Part shown: one piece after another, positions 6,537 through 11,217 of the stretch | Numbering within the stretch: the stretch's first letter is position 1 | Layout of the letters: each line of letters opens with the position of its first letter | DNA from: Candidatus Micrarchaeota archaeon | GTDB lineage: Archaea > Micrarchaeota > Micrarchaeia > Norongarragalinales > Norongarragalinaceae | Assembly: GCA_037444485.1 (NCBI GenBank) | Contig: JBBIMI010000025.1 | Coordinates: 1 to 11,217 of the forward strand | DNA length: 11,217 nt | Direction of reading: 5' to 3' | Notes under the pieces: model-generated | What the model saw: only the letters and a program-made list of their open reading frames with translations | Database searches by the model: none | Told to the model about the DNA's origin: nothing | Translations under genes and position numbers: made by a program

Positions 6537-7740
6537 GTAACGCGCCGACGCCTTTGAAAGTGCCGTAAAACTGTGAGCCTTCAGGCGTGTCTTTTGAAAT
6601 GAATTCGGTTGGAATGCCGTTTGCTTCCGCGATTCCTGCGAGTTCATTGCCCACGTCTTGTTCTTCAATCATCTTCAGTTTTCCGCCGCACTGGTGTTCT
6701 TCTTCTCTCAAGAATTCAACGAATTTTTCAACGCGTTCTCCGCACTTGCCGCACTGGAAAACTGTTTTCTTTAACTGTAGGCCTTCGCTGAGCAGCAGGC
6801 GCTCGGCCTGCCGCGTTTCGAGAACGCGTTTCGTGTCCTCGTAACCGTAGACTGCTAGTCCCCCGCTTGTTACGCGTTTAATGAAGTCAATCACTAATTG
6901 TTTTTCGCGTACTGCTTCTTGTTCTGCAATGAATTCTTGAGCTTTGTTAAGCACTTCCTTCAAGCCGTACTCGCCGCTGTAGCTGGTGTCTACTACTCCA
7001 AGGATTTTGAGTTGGTAGTTAAACGTTTTTTGTTTGAGAAAGTTTTCTTTCACCGGACCAGGGCCGCCGATAATAACGCCCTTAAAGTTTTTTTGTTCTA
7101 GAAAGACGTTCATTGCTTCTCCAACGCGCTTAAAGTAGTCCTCGTAAGCCTCTTCGCGAATCCTGCTGTAACGAGCTGCGCTCTGACCGCCCTTGTGTAC
7201 TTTCGACGGCGCGAGGTTGTGGATTTCCTTGAACACCTTCAAGTTCTTGCCGCGGAGAATGCCGACTGCAGCGTCGCTGCCGTCAATCACGACAAGCCCG
7301 TAACTGCCAGTTGTTTCAAGCATTTCCTCGAGTGGTTCGAGGACGAAACTAGATTCACAGCGGTAGAACTGCACGTGCAATGGTTGCGGTGGGATTACTG
7401 AATAAAGCTGAATGTCTGTCTTGCCTTCTGTTTTTGAAACGTTGCCGCAGAAAATCGCGATTCCGTTTTCTGGAGTGGTTTTGAAAGTCTTCAAGTACTG
7501 GAGAATCTTTTCGAGCGCGTCGACGACGTTCGTGCGCGTGCTCTTGCTTTTAATGTTGCTTGCTTGTCCTTGCTCGTCACGCAGCTTGTTTGAAATGTCG
7601 CTGATTGCGTAACCAGGCGTTACGTATACAGAAATGAGTTCGGTTCCCTTGCCTCTGAATTCTTTTAATGCAGCGATTTGCTTGCGGAACTCGTACAACT
7701 TTTGTGAAGCAGTTTCAACCCCGCTTTTCGCGTCACTCAT
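6523..7740 (-). CDS. prf1: Archaeal peptide chain release factor aRF1
   Basis: GTELISVY, ASNIKS, YRCESSF (YxCxxxF), GGQS, IIGGPG, CxxC/HxC insert and C-terminal GVGALLRY. Confidence 0.98.
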   Translation of the reverse strand: MSDAKSGVETASQKLYEFRKQIAALKEFRGKGTELISVYVTPGYAISDISNKLRDEQGQASNIKSKSTRTNVVDALEKILQYLKTFKTTPENGIAIFCGNVSKTEGKTDIQLYSVIPPQPLHVQFYRCESSFVLEPLEEMLETTGSYGLVVIDGSDAAVGILRGKNLKVFKEIHNLAPSKVHKGGQSAARYSRIREEAYEDYFKRVGEAMNVFLEQKNFKGVIIGGPGPVKENFLKQKTFNYQLKILGVVDTSYSGEYGLKEVLNKAQEFIAEQEAVREKQLVIDFIKRVTSGGLAVYGYEDTKRVLETRQAERLLLSEGLQLKKTVFQCGKCGERVEKFVEFLREEEHQCGGKLKMIEEQDVGNELAGIAEANGIPTEFISKDTPEGSQFYGTFKGVGALLRYK

Positions 7741-7744
7741 TTTT

Positions 7745-7767
7745 TAAAACCATTGGTTTTATAAAAC
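7745..7767. promoter_or_regulatory. Palindrome TAAAACCA-T-TGGTTTTA overlapping a palindromic TATA-like GTTTTATAAAAC just upstream of the aRF1 start
   Basis: 8-bp arms at 7745-7761 and a 12-bp palindrome at 7756-7767; no SD before ATG 7740. Confidence 0.45.
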
Positions 7768-7773
7768 TAGAAC

Positions 7774-7801
7774 AACAACCTAGAGTAAAACAACCTAGAG
7801 T
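7774..7801. repeat. AACAACCTAGAGT x2, period 15
   Basis: Identical copies at 7774-7786 and 7789-7801. Confidence 0.85.
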
Positions 7802-7880
7802 GAAGGCCTGCCTGAAACAATGCAGGCTCGCTTGAAACGCTTGAGGCAAGTTAAGCGCGAAATCAAGCATATCGAGTCCC

Positions 7881-7923
7881 AAGTATATTAAAAAGTATAT
7901 TAAATTATTTATATTAAATTATT
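7881..7923. repeat. Nested duplications giving three TATATTAAA boxes
   Basis: AAGTATATTAAA at 7881 and 7893; TATATTAAATTATT at 7896 and 7910. Confidence 0.85.
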
Positions 7924-7996
7924 AAGTCGGCGTGTTTTAATCCGCGTGTGTTTGCAAGCTTGCTTAAGTTCGCCAACTAGTTGAGAGGGTTTTAAG

Positions 7997-8476
7997 TCAC
8001 TTGCCTGCGAGGGTTTCGAAGGCTTCCTCGTGCGCTACTTCCTCCGCGAGAATGTGTGAAATTAGTTGGTAAGTAACCTCGTCCTTGCCGCGCGTCGCCT
8101 TGATTATCTTGTCGTACGCTGTAATCGCGCAGCCTTCGCTCTTTAACGCGTTTTCAATGAACGTCTTGACGTCATTCAAGTTTTTTGGTGGAACTGGGAA
8201 CACGCAAACGCCTTTCTTACCCAAGTCGCCGAACAATGCAATCGGCACTTCGCCTAGTTCTATAATGCGGTTCGCTATCTCAGTCGCGTGCTCGAACTCT
8301 TGTTCCGCGGTTTTCTTGAAGACTTCACTCACGTCCTCGCTGTAAACGCCTTTCACGACGAGCGCGGTATACCAGTACTGGTAGTAAGCCTTCCACTCGT
8401 CCGCAAGCGCGTTATTCAAGTCTTCAATTAACTTTTTTACGTCAACTTCAACAATTTGTTTTCCCTTAACCCCCAC
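7997..8476 (-). CDS. DPS-like (DPSL) ferritin-family protein with thioferritin Cys pair
   Basis: Di-iron pattern E27, E60xxH63, E114, E146xxH149; ADEWxAYYQYW; C91 and C116. GTG start with GGGGTGG SD. Confidence 0.88.
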   Translation of the reverse strand: MGVKGKQIVEVDVKKLIEDLNNALADEWKAYYQYWYTALVVKGVYSEDVSEVFKKTAEQEFEHATEIANRIIELGEVPIALFGDLGKKGVCVFPVPPKNLNDVKTFIENALKSEGCAITAYDKIIKATRGKDEVTYQLISHILAEEVAHEEAFETLAGK

Positions 8477-8513
8477 TTGAAACCACCCCCAAAAAAAAGA
8501 AAAAAACCTAGAA

Positions 8514-8551
8514 AACCAATTAATTCAACCAATTCAAATCCAACCAATCCA
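8514..8551. repeat. AACCAAT x3 upstream of the DPSL gene
   Basis: Copies at 8514, 8527 and 8542 within imperfect 13-15-nt units. Confidence 0.6.
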
Positions 8552-8623
8552 GCCGCGTGCAACTTTAAAAACGTATTAAACAAAGCGAGTTAAAAAACTT
8601 TTTTCTTCGACTCCCTTCAACCC

Positions 8624-10879
8624 TCAACGCTTTCGCTTACGTGAAACGCGTTCACCTTGCAGACGCACGCCGCGCTCGCTGATTCGCTCGCCGACTCGCT
8701 TATCGACTCGCCCGCTGATTCGCTTGACGCTCGCCTGTTGGTTCGCTTCCTTGTTCGCTTCCTTCTTCGCTTTCCTTGTTCGCTCGCCGGCTCGCTCGTA
8801 CTTTGCAACCAAGCGTTCGTAAGTTTTTTCAGAAATGCGTCCGCAAAGCAGCAAGTCGTCGAGACGCTGTAAGCGTTCTTCGTCACTCAAGCCCGCGCCT
8901 GCCTCGCGTCCGCGCGCCCGCGCGCGCAAGAGTAACGCGAGTGTTACGGCGAGCGCGATTATTAAAACAGTGTTCAGCACGAGAAAGACTTTAATGGTTT
9001 CGTCAGCGTCAAGCGTTTTCTCTACCACTGCCCGCACTTCGAGAGGCGTCGGCAACGCGGTTGTTGGCTGCAACGGTAATTCTGCAACAGTGGTTGGAGC
9101 AGGCGGTTGGGCGAGCATGGTTTTAAAGTCTTTCGCGTTTGCGGTGAGGCACTTGCTTAACTCTTGCAGCTTTAAGGCGTTAAAGTAGTAACTAAAATCG
9201 CGCGTGCGGTTGCCTTCCTCTTTCAAGTAAAGCGAATGCACGAAGTATAATTGCGCCCACACTCCCTCGCGTGTTGCGAAGCCGCTCGCGTTTTCGAGGA
9301 TCGCGTTGAAGTCTCCGCCGATGGATTCGAGTGCTTTTTCGCGCGCACGCGAGAACGATAACGCGAAGCAAGCGTCTATTGAAGCGCTGAAGTAATTATT
9401 TTCTTGAAACGCTTGATTGGCTGCTTCAAGATGCCATTCAGCTTCTTGGTCGAAAACACTTGAAAGCGATTCGTTCGCCGCTTTCACGACTTCAATAACG
9501 TTTGCATGCGCGTTAACCTCGTTGGCGAGCGCTCCGCCAGTGCGGCGTCCAGCGATTGCAGCCATTTTTTCGGCGGCGCGCAGCCAGTTTCTCGCACTCA
9601 AGTAATCTTTAACTAACTGTGCTAACTGTGCAGGTGTTTTGGCGAGCGCTAGGCTCTCGCGCGTTTCGCGCGCTTTCTTTCTCGCCCAGTGAAAACGCGT
9701 TTGCGCGCCTGCAATCCACTCCCAATTCTCGAGGGTCGCTTTCCCGTAAATTCTAGAAAATTTTTTTTCGAAAGACGTTTCGAGTTGCGCTTGCAAATCG
9801 TCGAGAAGCGCGGAAAACTCTTTCTTGCTCGCGTTCGCAAGCAGAAACGCTTCTAGGTTGATGCTGGAAACGAACGCGAGGTTCGCTGCGGAATAGAAAT
9901 AGTTTTTTTCAAGCAAGTAACGCGTGGTGTTCACTGCTTCTGCTGCTTCCTGCCTTACAGCTTTCGACTCGTTACTGTTTTTATTCCCGACATTAAGGCG
10001 TTTCACGAGGTTCTCAAGATTAGTCAACTCGCTTTCCGCAAGCTCACGCATTTCGCTGGCTGAAGGCGAGACCGGCGGCGCTGGCTCGAGCGAGAGGGGA
10101 GGCGTAACGTGTTTAGGCGCGGTCACGCGCGAACCTGCTGGAGTGAAAGCGATTGCGAGCACTTCGTCGAAGTCAGCTGCTTCCACGACTTGCATTCCCT
10201 TCGCTTCGCCGAGCCGCGTCAAGTCAATTCCTTGCTGGATTGATTGCCCGAGTGGAATAACGAGTAGTTTAATGCCGGCGGCAATCGCTGATTCAGTTTT
10301 TTGTATTAACCCCCCTATTTTTCCGATGCTCGCGTCTTGTTCTATGCTTCCAGTCACCGCGATGTCCCTGCGCAATGCCGTGCTCTTGTTCGCTAGTTCA
10401 GCGTACGCGAGCAGCGCAAGCGCAGCACCTCCACTTGGGCCGTCCACCACTTCAGCGTCCGCAACGATTTTAAACAACACCGTCTTGTTTTCAAGCGAAG
10501 CGTTGGCTTTCCGCGCAGCGATTTTCGCAGCGAGTTCCGCGCTCTCCTGTGTTTCAACGCTTACGAACGGCTTGGTGTCTACGAACACTCCACTCAAGTT
10601 CGAAGGCACGACTTCAGCTTCAATGGTCGTGAGAATTCCTTTGCCGCTCGCAGCAACCGCAGGCACGCTTAAAACGCTTTTCGCGCTTGCTGTATTCGAA
10701 AACGCGAAGATTACGGTTAAAAACACTGCGGCGAAAACGATTGCCGCGGCTGGAATTGCGCGCGTACGCGATTCGCGTGCATAGCGCATAGCGCGTGAAT
10801 CGCGTGCATAGCGCGCATCGCATGCGTGCGGCGCGTTTGTTTTGCATGTCACACGTTTTTGTTGAAAACCCTTCATCAT
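8624..10879 (-). CDS. Secreted / membrane-anchored Lon-like S16 serine protease (archaeal type, no AAA+ domain)
   Basis: VDGPSGG (catalytic Ser), AVTGSI, IGGLIQK (catalytic Lys). Signal-peptide-like hydrophobic stretch ending ASA, long helical region, C-terminal TM and SHOCT-like RLQRLDDLLLCGRISEKTYERL. AGGTG SD before ATG 10879; a later start is possible. Confidence 0.88.
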   Translation of the reverse strand: MMKGFQQKRVTCKTNAPHACDARYARDSRAMRYARESRTRAIPAAAIVFAAVFLTVIFAFSNTASAKSVLSVPAVAASGKGILTTIEAEVVPSNLSGVFVDTKPFVSVETQESAELAAKIAARKANASLENKTVLFKIVADAEVVDGPSGGAALALLAYAELANKSTALRRDIAVTGSIEQDASIGKIGGLIQKTESAIAAGIKLLVIPLGQSIQQGIDLTRLGEAKGMQVVEAADFDEVLAIAFTPAGSRVTAPKHVTPPLSLEPAPPVSPSASEMRELAESELTNLENLVKRLNVGNKNSNESKAVRQEAAEAVNTTRYLLEKNYFYSAANLAFVSSINLEAFLLANASKKEFSALLDDLQAQLETSFEKKFSRIYGKATLENWEWIAGAQTRFHWARKKARETRESLALAKTPAQLAQLVKDYLSARNWLRAAEKMAAIAGRRTGGALANEVNAHANVIEVVKAANESLSSVFDQEAEWHLEAANQAFQENNYFSASIDACFALSFSRAREKALESIGGDFNAILENASGFATREGVWAQLYFVHSLYLKEEGNRTRDFSYYFNALKLQELSKCLTANAKDFKTMLAQPPAPTTVAELPLQPTTALPTPLEVRAVVEKTLDADETIKVFLVLNTVLIIALAVTLALLLRARARGREAGAGLSDEERLQRLDDLLLCGRISEKTYERLVAKYERAGERTRKAKKEANKEANQQASVKRISGRVDKRVGERISERGVRLQGERVSRKRKR
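8677..8789. repeat. Two ~12-nt repeat blocks in the protease C-terminal tail
   Basis: cgctgattcgct/cgccgactcgct/tatcgactcgcc/cgctgattcgct at 8677-8724; gttcgcttcctt x2 plus variants (one 13 nt) at 8741-8789. Confidence 0.8.
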
Positions 10880-10888
10880 AAAAACACC

Positions 10889-11120
10889 TTTTTTCTCTCT
10901 TTTTTTCTCCCCTTCTTTCTCATTCTCTTTTCTTTCTCTTTTTCTCTTCTTTTTTTCTCCTCATTTTTTCTCTTATTTTTGTTTTTTTTCATTCTTTTCT
11001 CTTTTTTTCCATTTTTTCTTTTTTTTGTTTTTTTTGTTTTTTTTCTTTTTTTTGTTTTTTTTGTTTTTTTTGTTTTTTTTGTTTTTTTTTGTTTTTTTTG
11101 TTTTTTTGTTTTTTCGTTTT
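10889..11120. repeat. ~230-nt T-rich low-complexity tract including about 11 x (G/C)T7-9 units, mostly 9-nt period
   Basis: GTTTTTTTT-type units from about 11018 to 11115; pyrimidine-rich CT run from 10889 to about 11017. Confidence 0.95.
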
Positions 11121-11150
11121 CATAATCAAAATTGTTTTTAGTGGATGGAT

Positions 11151-11217
11151 TTAAATAACCGTGGCCTGAAGGCCACGGATTTCTAGTATGCTGCCAGCGT
11201 TTGCTGGCTTACGCTAG
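11151..11217. mobile_element. Probable IS200/IS605/IS607-type element end (subterminal hairpins), truncated by the window edge
   Basis: CCGTGGCC-TGAA-GGCCACGG (11159-11178) and GCCAGC-GTTT-GCTGGC (11193-11208). Minus strand GAAATCCGTGGCCTTCAGGCCACGGTTATTTAA resembles tnpB-element right ends as I recall them. No transposase or tnpB visible. Confidence 0.55.

Noticed and set aside
6523..7740. Stop-codon reassignment, suggested by the absence of TAG among the ~11 stops of called genes
   Set aside because: Sample is small, aRF1 NIKS/YxCxxxF/GGQ motifs are canonical, and no conserved gene has an in-frame stop.
9924..10784. 286-aa plus-strand ORF and other antisense ORFs (760-1164, 2163-2543, 4666-5103, 5934-6318)
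   Set aside because: Antisense shadows of well-supported genes with no motifs of their own.
10826..11125. 99-aa Phe-rich plus-strand 'membrane protein'
   Set aside because: Simply the translation of the T-rich tract; no SD, and it overlaps the protease start.
1..11217. tRNA or rRNA genes
   Set aside because: No cloverleaf with D/T-loop consensus and no rRNA-like sequence seen in any spacer.

Overview
Archaeal chromosomal segment. aRF1, archaeal TruD, bifunctional PGI/PMI, GGTGA/GAGGT Shine-Dalgarno motifs and TATA boxes support this; a DPANN origin such as Ca. Micrarchaeota is my inference from gene style only. Left to right: a partial low-GC orphan (-), a stand-alone tRNA-binding OB-fold protein (-), a 52-aa Cys/His microprotein missed by the ORF track (-), agmatinase (-), a frameshifted DUF202-like pseudogene (-), PGI/PMI (+), a basic GNAT-like hypothetical (+), the C-terminal third of an MFS transporter (+), truD (-), aRF1 (-), a DPS-like thioferritin (-), a membrane-anchored Lon-like S16 protease without ATPase domain (-), a ~230-nt T-rich low-complexity tract, and an IS200/IS605/IS607-type end hairpin at the window edge. 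The strongest signal not explained by the genes is that almost every spacer carries its own unrelated short tandem duplication (periods 9-31 nt, mostly not multiples of 3), while duplications inside genes keep frame (12, 15, 27 nt). This pattern resembles that described for Borg elements, but here it sits among housekeeping genes. GATC also looks strongly depleted. All calls were made by eye, without database searches.
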